A stretch of 64,000 bases of DNA from a plasmid. Below are positions 9,316 through 20,546 of this stretch, piece after piece. The stretch lies in the sequence record NZ_CP143948.1, one strand, 5' to 3'. The notes below the pieces were generated by a model that had not been told where the DNA came from, did not search any database, and was given only the letters and a program-made list of their open reading frames with translations. How positions within the stretch are numbered: position 1 is the first letter of the stretch; every line of letters begins with the position of its first letter. A program made the translations under genes and the position numbers.

Positions 9316-10613
9316 TTTGCATCCTCCTGTTCCTTCTGGTAATCCTGTACTTCACGAATCAGATCTCTGTTGTAACGCTTCCAGTCTGAATCAAATTTCT
9401 TTAAGAACTTCTCCTTTGCATTGTCACCTGTGTCAAGCAGATATGTCTGAATCATGGCATCCACGCTCATCTCACTTGGATAATGATGATCCTGATAATC
9501 TGACATACGGTTGTCCTTTATATACTCCTGCATATCCTCCAGTGTATCAGGTATTGCGAAATCTCCCTCCTTGCAGGCAATTCCGCCCTGGTCATCCAGA
9601 TATGTCTGAATTGTCTCATCGCTGTACAGATATTCAAGCACCTCGTATGCTGCTTCCTTATTTTTGCAGGCCTTCATAACTGAAAACTGTAAATCTATTC
9701 CTGAATTTAACACATTGTCAGCCTCATTATCATTTGCCGGGAAAGTAAATGAACCGATATTCATATCAGGATTAACCGACTTAATCTGAGGAATAGCATA
9801 GCTTCCTATCGTGTACATGGCAGATTCACCTCTGGCAAAGGCTGTACATGCGTCATTGTAGCTGTAAGCATATGGATTGTCCTCTGCATAATCAAGCAAT
9901 GTGCGTATCTTGTCGGCAACCGGAGAATATGCCTCCTCAAATGTCGTATTTCCCATATTTACCTGATTACAGGTGTCTGAATCACAAAGGCCTACTGCAA
10001 GGGCATTCCACGGTGCCAGACAGGTCCATGTATCCTTAAAGCCCAGATACAAAGGAAGTGTTCCGCTTTCCTTTATCTCATTGCACAGTGCTGTAAACTC
10101 ACTCCAGGTTGTAGGCACCTTCCAGCCATTCTCCGCAAACATATCCTTGTTGTAAAGCACTCCTGCTGCATTTGCGGCGTAAGGAAGTGCATAGGTGCCA
10201 TCCTTTGGAATGAACTCAAGCTCCTTGTCCATATCCAGATATGCCTTTTTTACAGTGTCCACTGCATCCAGATCTGAGATATCCTCAAACAAATCTGCAT
10301 CCAGGAAATTTGAATAATTGATATCTCCACCTATTGCAATGATGTCCGGATAATCCTCACGGATGAAGCGTGTCTTTAAAATAGTCATAGCCTCATTCGG
10401 AGATGAGATAGTCAGGTGAATATCATCGTGAGTCTCATTAAATCGCTTTTCAATCTTCTCGAAAGCCTTAACAGCCTCCGGCTTATAAGAAACCACCTCA
10501 ATCTCAGTTTTTCCGTCCGCCCGCTTTTCATTTCCACATCCGGTCAGCCCTGTAGTGCACATTCCGAGTGCCAGCACAACCGCCATAGCCTGACAAATCT
10601 TTCTTTTTGCCAT
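9312..10613 (-). CDS. extracellular solute-binding lipoprotein of the sugar ABC transporter (RafE/MsmE-like)
   Basis: 433 aa with a lipobox (LTGCGNE). Family-1 SBP fold, located upstream of two permeases. Confidence 0.75.
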   Translation of the reverse strand: MAKRKICQAMAVVLALGMCTTGLTGCGNEKRADGKTEIEVVSYKPEAVKAFEKIEKRFNETHDDIHLTISSPNEAMTILKTRFIREDYPDIIAIGGDINYSNFLDADLFEDISDLDAVDTVKKAYLDMDKELEFIPKDGTYALPYAANAAGVLYNKDMFAENGWKVPTTWSEFTALCNEIKESGTLPLYLGFKDTWTCLAPWNALAVGLCDSDTCNQVNMGNTTFEEAYSPVADKIRTLLDYAEDNPYAYSYNDACTAFARGESAMYTIGSYAIPQIKSVNPDMNIGSFTFPANDNEADNVLNSGIDLQFSVMKACKNKEAAYEVLEYLYSDETIQTYLDDQGGIACKEGDFAIPDTLEDMQEYIKDNRMSDYQDHHYPSEMSVDAMIQTYLLDTGDNAKEKFLKKFDSDWKRYNRDLIREVQDYQKEQEDAK

Positions 10614-10792
10614 ATTTTTTCACTCCTTTTCTGTTTTATTTGCTCTTTTTCCTGATTAACTGATTATAACATACCATTATGCATACAATAAATACCATTA
10701 TTTTTGCTTTTTTATATCAATATGCTATAAAATATGTTATAATTGCATATAATGTCGCATAAGGGTATATTTATAGTATTAATCAATAAGGA

Positions 10793-11644
10793 GTGACTCA
10801 CATGGACAAACTTTCCTTCAATATTTTTCCAAATGTAAATTTCATAGATTTGTGTATGTACCAGTTCGGCCACGAGCAGTGCGAACCGGGACACTCATTT
10901 GGTCCTGCCACAAGAAACCACTATCTATTCCACTATGTACTGTCCGGCACCGGCACTCTGATGGCCGATAATGCAAAGGGCATTACACAAACCTACAACA
11001 TAAAAAGCGGGCAGGGCTTTCTGATTTTTCCCGGCCAGATAAATACCTATATCGCAGATGACAAGCTTCCTTGGGAATACATATGGATTGAGTTTGACGG
11101 TCTGCGCGTCAAGGAGGCTCTCACCACAACAGAGCTTACCCAAAATAATCCTGTATATCACACACACTCAAAGGATATCCGCGAAAAGCTTGTTGAGGAA
11201 ATGCTCTACATCACAAGGCACCCCTCAGAATCACCGTATCACCTGATTGGGCATATGTACCTTTTTCTGGATTATCTGATGCAGTCAGCCAAATCATCAA
11301 AACTCGTTCCGGGTGGGAAAATGAGTGATTTTTATATAAAAGAAGCGATGAATTATATCGAGCAGAATTTTCAGAATGATATCTCAATCGAAGATATTGC
11401 CGGAGTCTGCGGCATAAACCGAAGCTATCTGGGCAAAATTTTCAAAAATTCCGTTGGACATTCACCTCAGGAATTTCTCATGAATTATCGTATGATAAAG
11501 GCCACAGAGCTTTTAAAGCTGACCTCCTTATCCATCGCAGATGTTGGTTCTGCCGTTGGATACGAAAATCAGCTTCATTTCTCACGCGCCTTTAAAAATA
11601 TCTACGGAGTGGCTCCGAGGGAGTGGAGGAACGAGCATAAATAA
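10793..11644 (+). CDS. AraC family transcriptional regulator (MsmR/RafR-like), divergent from the transporter
   Basis: 283 aa. N-terminal cupin-like sugar-binding domain and C-terminal AraC HTH (IADVGSAVGYENQLHFSRAFK). Confidence 0.8.
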   Translation: MTHMDKLSFNIFPNVNFIDLCMYQFGHEQCEPGHSFGPATRNHYLFHYVLSGTGTLMADNAKGITQTYNIKSGQGFLIFPGQINTYIADDKLPWEYIWIEFDGLRVKEALTTTELTQNNPVYHTHSKDIREKLVEEMLYITRHPSESPYHLIGHMYLFLDYLMQSAKSSKLVPGGKMSDFYIKEAMNYIEQNFQNDISIEDIAGVCGINRSYLGKIFKNSVGHSPQEFLMNYRMIKATELLKLTSLSIADVGSAVGYENQLHFSRAFKNIYGVAPREWRNEHK

Positions 11645-11646
11645 GC

Positions 11647-12687
11647 TCACTGTTCATCCTTCACAAATTCATTTACATTGTCATGGGTCACCTTCTCATA
11701 CGGCAGATAAACATACTTTTTATCCTCAAACTTTATGTTTTTCATGCTGCCCCCGGTGGCTGCCAGATAGGCAAGCTGAGCCATAGCCCTTGCCTGTCCC
11801 TCCTTGTCATTGTAGACTGTTGCCGCAAGCTTCGACTGCTGCACTGCTTCAAGCCCATCGTCTGTGCCGTCCACTCCAAAAAATGCAGGTACATTCGACT
11901 CCGTCACACCAAGCTTTTCGTATGCGTCTATCGCTCCGAGTGCCATTGCATCGTTGTTTGCAATAACCAGCTCTATGCTGTTTTTATACTGACCTATAAG
12001 CTGTGTCATACGGTTCTGCGCCTGAGCACGATTCCAGTTTGCTATCTGACAGCTAAGCTTTTCTATCTGAAGACCGTTATTCTTCATGCTCTCTGTCACA
12101 CTCTCTGTCCTGACAATGGCATCCTGATGTCCCATCTCTCCCTCCAGGATGACGTACTGTATCCTGCCATCACCGTTTTTATCCACACCCGGATTATTCT
12201 TTATATAATCGGCAATGAGTTCCCCCTGCATCTGACCTGACTGCTTTGCCTTGGCCCCGACATAGTACAGCTTATCCCAGCGATTTAAATCCTCATCAAC
12301 CGGCTCCCTGTTAAAGAAAATAATCGGGATGTCCTTCTCCATTGCAGCATTTATAATATGCGACAAATCTGTTCTGTCTGCCAGATTAATACACAGCACA
12401 TTGCAGCCGTCCTCTATCATCTCCTGCACCTGGTCATCCTGTGCACGCTGTGAGCCTGCAGCATCCATGATTGTCATGCTGATATCATATTTGTCTGTAT
12501 CAAGACTTGCGCACTCCTTTTTGAAAGTTTCTATCAGCTCCCCGATAAATGTATCCTTCTGGTCATAGCAGGTCACGCCTATATATATCTGTTTTTTCTC
12601 GTCAACTCTTGTGTTGCTGCACGAGACAAATGACAATATCAGTGCAAAACACAGTATCATCATGGTATTTCTTATTCTGCTTCTCAT
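11647..12687 (-). CDS. periplasmic sugar-binding lipoprotein (PBP1, MglB/RbsB-like), probably a sensor partner
   Basis: 346 aa with a lipobox (LSFVSCSN). Type-I periplasmic binding-protein fold. Lies in an operon with the HK/RR pair. Confidence 0.65.
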   Translation of the reverse strand: MRSRIRNTMMILCFALILSFVSCSNTRVDEKKQIYIGVTCYDQKDTFIGELIETFKKECASLDTDKYDISMTIMDAAGSQRAQDDQVQEMIEDGCNVLCINLADRTDLSHIINAAMEKDIPIIFFNREPVDEDLNRWDKLYYVGAKAKQSGQMQGELIADYIKNNPGVDKNGDGRIQYVILEGEMGHQDAIVRTESVTESMKNNGLQIEKLSCQIANWNRAQAQNRMTQLIGQYKNSIELVIANNDAMALGAIDAYEKLGVTESNVPAFFGVDGTDDGLEAVQQSKLAATVYNDKEGQARAMAQLAYLAATGGSMKNIKFEDKKYVYLPYEKVTHDNVNEFVKDEQ

Positions 12688-12701
12688 TTATTGTTCCCCC
12701 A

Positions 12702-13757
12702 CTACTGGCTGATTGCATACAAAAGCTTCTTGTTTTCTTCATCAAACAGATTTTTTCTGGTAAGAAGCTGGTAAGATACCGGCTTTTCCTCTACTGAATA
12801 TTTTCTACTGCCACGCAGCATATCGACCAGTCCTACAACACTTTTGTATCCGGCAGCAAATTCATCAGGTGTGATAAGAGCCTCTGTCCAGCCCGAATCG
12901 AGATAATATATGGCTTCTGTTGAGTTTCCTATCCCATATACCAGTGCACCCTGCAGATTATTATCAGAGGCTTCCTTTGCCGCCTCAACCACACTTGCAT
13001 CATCTATTGCAAGAACTATGTCAACCTTTCTCTGTGACTGCAGATTTATTTTCTCCCCGGTATCCGAAACACCTGATACAATCCACATCACAACACAGCC
13101 GCTCTCCGCGAGAGTATCCTTTATGCCATCAATGCGTTTTTTACAGGCATCGGATTCAGTGTTTTCACAATAGATTCCTATTTTTTTACCTGAAAGTGTT
13201 CCGTTGTTGTCAGCAAGAAGCTTTTGTGCCAGTTCCACACCCATGCTGTACTGGTCAAACTCCACTGTATTTAACGACTTAAAGCTCTCGCTTCCCGCCT
13301 GGTCTCCGACTACCATTATCGGTGTCTTTTTATTTATCCGGATAAGTGTATTAAGGCTTTTTTCTTCTGTCATTTTTTCTGCTGTCGGCTTGAAAACGAC
13401 CGCATCAGCTTTTTTGTTTATCTCCTGCTTTATGACATCAATTTCATCTGACATATTGTTCAGATTTTCCTTACTTATCATAACTACATCCACACCATAC
13501 TCAGAAGCCGCCATTTTCATGCCATATTTAAACGCAGCACTGTGGCTTTCATCCACATCAGCCATCACAACTGCAATACGCTCCGGTTTCTCATTGAGCT
13601 TATTGTATGCGATAAAACCTATTCCTATCACAAGTAGTACTCCCAGCAGCAGCTCTGTTATGATGAAGTTTCTCTTATTCTTGCTCATATTTGTCCATTT
13701 ATTTTTCACTGTCACACTCACACCTCCCATACAGCAAGGGAATTGTACTTGCTTCAT
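12702..13757 (-). CDS. membrane-anchored periplasmic-binding-protein domain protein (XylFII-like sensor component); start uncertain
   Basis: 351 aa with an N-terminal TM anchor followed by a PBP1 domain. Sits immediately downstream of the LytS-like kinase. An internal ATG at 13688 (MSKNKRNF) is an alternative start. Confidence 0.6.
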   Translation of the reverse strand: MKQVQFPCCMGGVSVTVKNKWTNMSKNKRNFIITELLLGVLLVIGIGFIAYNKLNEKPERIAVVMADVDESHSAAFKYGMKMAASEYGVDVVMISKENLNNMSDEIDVIKQEINKKADAVVFKPTAEKMTEEKSLNTLIRINKKTPIMVVGDQAGSESFKSLNTVEFDQYSMGVELAQKLLADNNGTLSGKKIGIYCENTESDACKKRIDGIKDTLAESGCVVMWIVSGVSDTGEKINLQSQRKVDIVLAIDDASVVEAAKEASDNNLQGALVYGIGNSTEAIYYLDSGWTEALITPDEFAAGYKSVVGLVDMLRGSRKYSVEEKPVSYQLLTRKNLFDEENKKLLYAISQ

Positions 13758-15540
13758 GCTATATGATGCTCCTCAAATTGAAGTCTGTTTTCCTCTGAAT
13801 AGACAATTGCCGGGATTTTGATTGTCACAACAGTTCCCTCATCAAGCTCACTTTCTATATGCAGACCATAGCGCTCTCCAAACAGTATCTTTATCCTGTT
13901 ATTTACATTGACAAGCCCTACTCCCGAGCCCTTCTTGTGAACCCTGTCCGTATTTGTCAGCAAAAGCGGAATTTCATTCTCCGGAATGCCCATTCCGTTG
14001 TCTGATACCGTTATGATGATATCCTCTCCCACTTTTTGGCCTCCGACTACTATCTCTCCGAAATCGTCCAGCTCTCTGATTCCGTAATTTAGTGCGTTTT
14101 CCAAAATCGGCTGAAGCACCAGCTTCACCGCACAGTAGTCCATTATTTCCTCGTCTACATCAAAGCTCACCTCAAATTTGTTCTTATAGCGCACCTTCTG
14201 AATATTCATGTAGCTTTTTGCGTGCAAAAGCTCATCTCGTACAGGTATTATGGTATGTCCCTTCGACAGACTGATACGGAAAAGTTTTGCAAGCTGCGTA
14301 ATCATAAACGAGGCCTCCTCGTTTTTGCCTCCTTCAATCATCCATGTGATGGAGTCAAGAGTATTATACAAAAAGTGCGGATTAATCTGGCTTTGAAGCA
14401 CATCAAGCTCGCTCTTTCGTCTCTCGTTCTGCTCCCATACGATCTTCTTCATGAGCTCATTGTTCTGCTTATATGAATTGCGTATAGAGTATCCCAGATG
14501 CCGTATCTCTGAGGAACCACCTACATAAATATCTGCTTCATTGCCACTTTCATACCTTTTCACAGAATCATCCAGCTTCATTATCGGCTTTGAAATACGT
14601 ATAGCTATCACTCTGTTTATCCACACAAACATCATAGCCATAATAATCATTATAACAAAAACAAACTGCTTCACATCCGCCATCTTATTGGTAAAGATGG
14701 AGTATGGCATCACACATACAAGCTTCCAGCCTGTGTAGCTGATTGTATCTACCATAATCTTACGATGCACTCCATTCAGATAATCATCATATATACTGTT
14801 TTGCGACTTTGCCGCAACATCGCTGTTTTCCGGAACATCTCCATCAAACTGTATCTGATGCGGATGGTAAATAATATTGCCATTTGCATCACACAGATAA
14901 TAATACTGTCCTTTTCCCGATGTATTTATCCTCTCAAGCATCCTTGATACACTCGAATAATCCATGTCCACAAGCATCACACCCATCTGTGATTCTGAAC
15001 CGGAGGTCAGCTCCACGGCACGGCTTGATGATATGACCAGATGATATCTCATGGAACCATCGTCAAACAGATTCTGTACATGAGGTGTTGAAAAATGTAT
15101 ATTTTCCATGCGCTCCATAGCTTCTATGAACCAGTCCTGTTTTGTCACATTCGGGTCCTCCTTCTGGGACACAACAGGCTCTGCAGCTATAAGGCTTCCA
15201 TACTGATTATACAAGGCAATACTGCGCAGATATTCCTTGTTTGACTCATAGAGCAGGCTCATGCCTTCGTGTATGCTGTCAGACTGCTTTAAAATATCAT
15301 TCTCCTTTATTACATTATAATACGCCGCATCCGAAACCTGCCTCATATTGACCAGATAGCTTTCCACACTGTCTATTGTCTGGTCCATCACCTTATGATT
15401 GCTCTCTATGATACTGTCCTGCGATGCATCGGCAAATTTTATATACATCACCACAACTGTGACAAGCATTATTGCAAACGACAGCAGTGAGAATGAGAGC
15501 ATTATTATGGATTGTATATTGCCTGATTTATACCTTATTT
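13754..15540 (-). CDS. sensor histidine kinase, LytS/YesM-like (His_kinase plus HATPase_c)
   Basis: Two TM segments around an extracellular domain, HAMP, the NPHFLYNTL H-box and a GHKL ATPase (GSGVGLVNV). The likely start, MRKIRYK, overlaps the RR stop. Confidence 0.75.
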
Positions 15541-17132
15541 TTCTCATACTCTGTCCTGTACCTGGATGGGGAAACCCCATACTTTCTCTTAAAAACATAA
15601 CTGAAATAGTTCGGATCCGCATAGCCTACATTCTGGGCTATGACATAGCTCTTATCGTCTGTCTCCACAAGCATTCTGGCAGCCTTGTCCATTCTGTAAT
15701 CAGTCAGATACTCCACAAACGAGCTGCCGGTTTCCTTCTTGAACAGACTTGAAAAATACGAGTTAGATACTCCTAATTCCTTACATGTATCGTCAAGTCC
15801 AAGTTCCACACTTCTGTAATTCCTGTGCACATAATCCTTTGCACTGTCTATGAGTGACTTCTTGGAGTTGTATCTGGCATCAGCCATATCATCATGCAGC
15901 CTGCTTGAAAAATCCAAAAGCCACTGCTTGAGCACCACCGGCTCAAAATTGGAGAGCTCATTATAAAGCCTGCCTACACTTCCCGATATTTCCTGCGCAT
16001 TTAGCTCATTATTGCTCATGAAGTGATATAGCTCACTGATCAGCTCCATTACTGCCACATGGTAGTTCTCAAGTGACTGCTGCGACATAAAACTATGCTG
16101 CATATACGCTTCCACAGCCTGCTCTACATCCTCTATCTTGCCGATACATATCATTTTAAATAAATATGACAGCTCATTTCCCTCATCGCCATCCTTTGAT
16201 ATACGTCGCTGTGGCTCAACCTCTGTCATGTTTATTGCTCTGTTGCTGCCATAAAGCACCCTGTAGGATACTGCCTCCCTCGCACTCTGATAAGAGCTCA
16301 CCAGCTCCTGTACATTTTCGCACACCTGTCCGATTCCGACCGTCACCTTTGCTCCCATTACATGATTTACATATTTGCAGAATCTGTCGCACTCATCTGT
16401 CAGCTCAGAGATATCCTCCTGCTGCATAAGCTGGGCTATCATGACCGTATCACCGAGATAGTTAAAAATCCTGCCATTCCAGCGCTCCTTTAAATCAGCC
16501 TGTGCCTGTCGCTCTACTGACACTGCAAGCAGTCTGATATCCATGCCCTGCGGCATCTGACTTGCGGAGGTATGTATAATAATACAGCAGTAATATGGTC
16601 CCTCAAGCACAATCTTATAGTCACGCATGTACCTGCCCAGCTCATTTTCCGGTATGCGTCCCTCGATAAGTGTCGTATAAAAGTTTGACTGCAAAACAGG
16701 CAACGATGCTGCATAATACTGCTTCAATATGTCTGTGTTTTTCTTCTCATTCAGCTCATCATCCAGCTTTGTCTTAAGCTTTTTGAATACCTCTGTGATT
16801 TCAGCCAGATTGAGCGGCTTTAAAATATACTCCTCTATCTCGAGATGTACAGCCTCCTTTGCATACTCAAAATCGTCGAAGCCTGTGAAAAGCAAGAGCT
16901 TCGTCGCAGGAAACCTCTGCCTGATGTTACTGCACAGCTCAAGTCCGTCCATGTAAGGCATACGTATGTCAGTCATCACAACATCCGGCTGCATGTCCTC
17001 CATCATTTCAAGCGCCTTGAAGCCATTTCCCGCATGTCCTACCACATGAAAACCAATCTGCTCCCAGGATACCTTTCTCTCGATTACCTCTATTACATCC
17101 TCTTCGTCATCAACCAGTAATAATGTATACAT
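15528..17132 (-). CDS. response regulator with REC domain and C-terminal AraC HTH (YesN-like)
   Basis: MYTLLLVDDE...TDIRMP receiver domain. C-terminal AraC-type HTH (GYADPNYFSYVFKRKYGVSPSRYR). Confidence 0.8.
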   Translation of the reverse strand: MYTLLLVDDEEDVIEVIERKVSWEQIGFHVVGHAGNGFKALEMMEDMQPDVVMTDIRMPYMDGLELCSNIRQRFPATKLLLFTGFDDFEYAKEAVHLEIEEYILKPLNLAEITEVFKKLKTKLDDELNEKKNTDILKQYYAASLPVLQSNFYTTLIEGRIPENELGRYMRDYKIVLEGPYYCCIIIHTSASQMPQGMDIRLLAVSVERQAQADLKERWNGRIFNYLGDTVMIAQLMQQEDISELTDECDRFCKYVNHVMGAKVTVGIGQVCENVQELVSSYQSAREAVSYRVLYGSNRAINMTEVEPQRRISKDGDEGNELSYLFKMICIGKIEDVEQAVEAYMQHSFMSQQSLENYHVAVMELISELYHFMSNNELNAQEISGSVGRLYNELSNFEPVVLKQWLLDFSSRLHDDMADARYNSKKSLIDSAKDYVHRNYRSVELGLDDTCKELGVSNSYFSSLFKKETGSSFVEYLTDYRMDKAARMLVETDDKSYVIAQNVGYADPNYFSYVFKRKYGVSPSRYRTEYEKNKV

Positions 17133-17369
17133 TTTATGTCTTCTCCCTGCTTGTAATTATTGAACTGCATACACCATAAAATCCGTGTGTAGCATAAATT
17201 TATCCCCCGGATATTAAAATGTGTCTGTATAGTATTATACCACATCTGATATATTCTTTTATAGCTTTACATAAACAAAAGTGTAACTGTTAAAGAAAAA
17301 AGCAGAGATGCCACCCTGACATCTCTGCTGATCATTTTGGAAGTATGAAAAAGAAATTTTCTTGCGATA

Positions 17370-19019
17370 TTATTTCTTCTGAACGTATTTCAGACAGTCA
17401 AGTGTAACTGCTACAAGAATGATAATTCCTGAGAATACGAACTGAAGGTTTGTATCAATACCAAGGATTGTAAGAGAGTATGTGAGTGCTGTGAAGATAC
17501 ATACACCGGTTACAACACCTGATATCTTACCGATACCACCTGTGAATGATACACCACCAACTACACAGGCTGCGATTGCATCCATGTCCCAGCCCTGTCC
17601 ATAAGCTGCTGAACCTGAACCAACCATTCTTGCACACTCAAGCCATGAGCCAAATCCATAAAGGATACCGGCCATCACGAATGCGCCGAGAGTTACTGCA
17701 AAAACTGAGATACCTGAAACTGCTGCTGCCTCCGGGTTTCCTCCTACTGCGTAGAGGTTTTTACCAAATGTTGTCTTGTTCCAGATAAACCATACAATTG
17801 CGATTGCTGCTACTGCCCAGATGATGATGGTTGGGAAACCATTTACCTTTGGAATAATCATGTTAGGGATGACCGGCTCAATTGCACCGAATGAAACTCC
17901 CTTTGTAGCATATGTTACGATACCGAAGATAACAAGCATGTTGGCCATGGTTGAAATAAACGGATGCATCTTAAACTTCGCTGTAAAAAATCCTGCAATA
18001 CTTGTGAAGAATGTACAAAGCACGATACATGCAAGTAATGCGATAACCACTCTTGCACCTGTTGGTACTCCTGTAAAGTCAAATATATGACCGAATACAG
18101 AGCCTGTATTGATACCCTGATGCATGATGATTGTGGCTGTTGTCATACCCATACCAACCATTCGTCCAACAGAAAGGTCCGTTCCTGTTAAGAGGATAAG
18201 TCCTGCAACACCAAGTGCTAAGAACATTCTCGGTGAAGCCTGCTGAAGAATATTCAGTATGTTGTTGTATGTCAGAAGAGGTGTGCCCTTCTTTATCGGT
18301 GTTATGACACAAAGCGCTATGAATATAAGTATAATTGCAATATAAAGACCATTCTGTAACAGGAAGTTTCTCCTATTGAACGTATACTTGTAATTCTCCC
18401 ATTTCTGAGCTCTTTTCTCCATAAATGTGAACTTTGAAAGACGAAGCATATCAATCAGGTGATACTTGTAGCTGTATGCCTCATGCTTTTTGTCCTTGAT
18501 CGTCTGATACTCTTTCTCGAGCTCAAGCTTCTCATTGGAAATACGATTCTTGTGTACGTAGTTTTCTTCCTTTATCTCAGTACTGTCTGATGTCTTTGCA
18601 AGAGCAGCCTTGTGCTTTTTATCAAGCTCTGCCATTCTCTCATTATGAGCAGCAAGCGCCTCTGCCTTTTCCGCCTCACAGCTTGCCTTAACGGCATTGT
18701 AATACTTTGAATCAAAATTTTCCTTTAAATAGCTTTCAGCCTTGGCAATGAGCTTTGAAATCTCATCCTTGTTCTTTGCCTCAACAGCCTTTGCCTTTGC
18801 AAGCTCTTTCTCGCAGGCTGCTATTTCTGACTCTTTCTCGCCCTTTGAAAGAGTTTTATCTCTCTTGATGCCTGCTATCGCTGACTGACACTCTACAACC
18901 TTTGTAGTTCCGTCTTTTCTGAGTGCATCAATTTCTTTTTGTATTCCACCAACATATTCGTCGATAGGCTGGCGCAGAGCACGCTCCTGCTCAGCCGTTA
19001 AAATCTTACTATTAGCCAT
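17370..19019 (-). CDS. mglC: sugar ABC transporter permease (MglC-like) with a ~230-aa N-terminal coiled-coil extension
   Basis: C-terminal ~320 aa form an MglC/RbsC-type 10-TM permease. The N-terminal part is a K/E/A-rich coiled coil. Confidence 0.7.
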   Translation of the reverse strand: MANSKILTAEQERALRQPIDEYVGGIQKEIDALRKDGTTKVVECQSAIAGIKRDKTLSKGEKESEIAACEKELAKAKAVEAKNKDEISKLIAKAESYLKENFDSKYYNAVKASCEAEKAEALAAHNERMAELDKKHKAALAKTSDSTEIKEENYVHKNRISNEKLELEKEYQTIKDKKHEAYSYKYHLIDMLRLSKFTFMEKRAQKWENYKYTFNRRNFLLQNGLYIAIILIFIALCVITPIKKGTPLLTYNNILNILQQASPRMFLALGVAGLILLTGTDLSVGRMVGMGMTTATIIMHQGINTGSVFGHIFDFTGVPTGARVVIALLACIVLCTFFTSIAGFFTAKFKMHPFISTMANMLVIFGIVTYATKGVSFGAIEPVIPNMIIPKVNGFPTIIIWAVAAIAIVWFIWNKTTFGKNLYAVGGNPEAAAVSGISVFAVTLGAFVMAGILYGFGSWLECARMVGSGSAAYGQGWDMDAIAACVVGGVSFTGGIGKISGVVTGVCIFTALTYSLTILGIDTNLQFVFSGIIILVAVTLDCLKYVQKK

Positions 19020-19037
19020 ATCCGTCTTCTCCCTTTA

Positions 19038-20546
19038 TTATAGGTACTTTGCACTGAGTCTCAGCAGTTCTTCCTGATTGGTTTCCTTTGTATTGACAAT
19101 TCCTGAGAGTCGTCCGTTTGACATGACTCCGATACGATTTGTTATACCAAGGATCTCAGGCATCTCAGATGAAACTACAATGACTGTCTTACCCTGCTTT
19201 GCCATATTGATTATCAGCTCGTAAATCTCATATTTGGCACCTACATCGATACCTCTTGTAGGCTCATCCATCATGAATATCTGCGGTCCTCTTTCAAGCC
19301 ATTTACCAAAGATAACCTTCTGCTGGTTTCCTCCTGACAGAGCCGAAATCATATCCTCCGGTCCCATACACTTTGTGTGCATAATCTTTATCTCATCAGA
19401 GGTGGCCTTTGTCATCTTGCTGTCTGAAAGTGCCGGTCCATTCTTATAAGCACCGAGATTTGCGATTGTTGTGTTAAAGGTGAGGTTTCCCTTAAGGAAA
19501 AGTCCATTTGCTTTTCTTTCCTCTGTGATAAGTGCGAAGCCATAGTCCATAGCCTCCTTTGCACAGGTGAAATTCATAAGCTGGTTCTTAAAATATACTC
19601 GTCCCGCAGCTCTTGTCCTGATTCCGAAAATCGTCTCAAGAAGCTCTGTACGACCTGCTCCGACAAGTCCGTATAGTCCAAATATCTCCCCCTCATGCAC
19701 ATCAAATGTGATGTCCTGCAGATGTGGCTCGTACTTTGTCGAAAGATGCTGTATTGACAAGATTACATCCTTTGGTTTGTTGTCTACCGGAGGGAATCTG
19801 TTCTCCAGTACTCGTCCAACCATCGCTGCAATCAGTTCATTCATATTTGTTTCTTTTGTGCTCTTTGTCATGACCAAATTTCCATCTCTAAGAACCGAAA
19901 TCTCATCACATATCTCAAAAATCTCATCCATCTTGTGAGAAATATAGATAAGTGAAATACCCTGGTCACGAAGCATCCTCATCATCTGGAACAGCTTTTC
20001 AACCTCCTGTACCGTAAGTGATGATGTAGGCTCATCCAATACTATAACCTTTGAGTTGTATGATATTGCCTTTGCAATCTCACACATCTGTCGCTGTGAT
20101 ACTGACATATTTTTCATCGGCTGCTCGAGATTAACTGTCATTCCCAGCTTTCTGAATAATTCAGACGCTTCTTTTTTCATGCGTCCCTCATCAATCATAC
20201 CAAATGAATTGACCGGATATCTTCCGAGAAACAGATTGTCTACGACATTTCTCTCAAGACACTGGTTCAACTCCTGATGCACCATCGCTATTCCATTTTC
20301 CAGTGCATCCTTAGGACCCGAAAAGCTTACCTCTTTTCCGTCCAGATATATAGTTCCCTCGTCCTTCTGGTATGTACCAAAAAGACATTTCATCATTGTC
20401 GACTTACCGGCTCCGTTCTCCCCCATGAGACCCATTACAGTACCTTTTTTCACATCTAAATTGATGTGGTCAAGAACCCTGTTTCGTCCAAATGACTTGC
20501 TCATGCCACGAATCGATAAGATGTTTTCATTATTCTTATCGCCCAT
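19038..20546 (-). CDS. mglA: sugar ABC transporter ATP-binding protein with two ABC domains (MglA-like)
   Basis: Two Walker A motifs (GENGAGKST, GLVGAGRTE) and two LSGGNQQK signatures. Start placed at MGDKNNEN (20546), which has a GGAGCAGG RBS. The track ORF starts at 20621. Confidence 0.8.
   Translation of the reverse strand: MGDKNNENILSIRGMSKSFGRNRVLDHINLDVKKGTVMGLMGENGAGKSTMMKCLFGTYQKDEGTIYLDGKEVSFSGPKDALENGIAMVHQELNQCLERNVVDNLFLGRYPVNSFGMIDEGRMKKEASELFRKLGMTVNLEQPMKNMSVSQRQMCEIAKAISYNSKVIVLDEPTSSLTVQEVEKLFQMMRMLRDQGISLIYISHKMDEIFEICDEISVLRDGNLVMTKSTKETNMNELIAAMVGRVLENRFPPVDNKPKDVILSIQHLSTKYEPHLQDITFDVHEGEIFGLYGLVGAGRTELLETIFGIRTRAAGRVYFKNQLMNFTCAKEAMDYGFALITEERKANGLFLKGNLTFNTTIANLGAYKNGPALSDSKMTKATSDEIKIMHTKCMGPEDMISALSGGNQQKVIFGKWLERGPQIFMMDEPTRGIDVGAKYEIYELIINMAKQGKTVIVVSSEMPEILGITNRIGVMSNGRLSGIVNTKETNQEELLRLSAKYL

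Noticed and set aside
14092-14947. Several 60-85-aa plus-strand ORFs within the histidine-kinase gene
   Set aside because: Antisense to a confidently assigned kinase. Hydrophobic low-complexity translations typical of the reverse frame of AT-rich genes.
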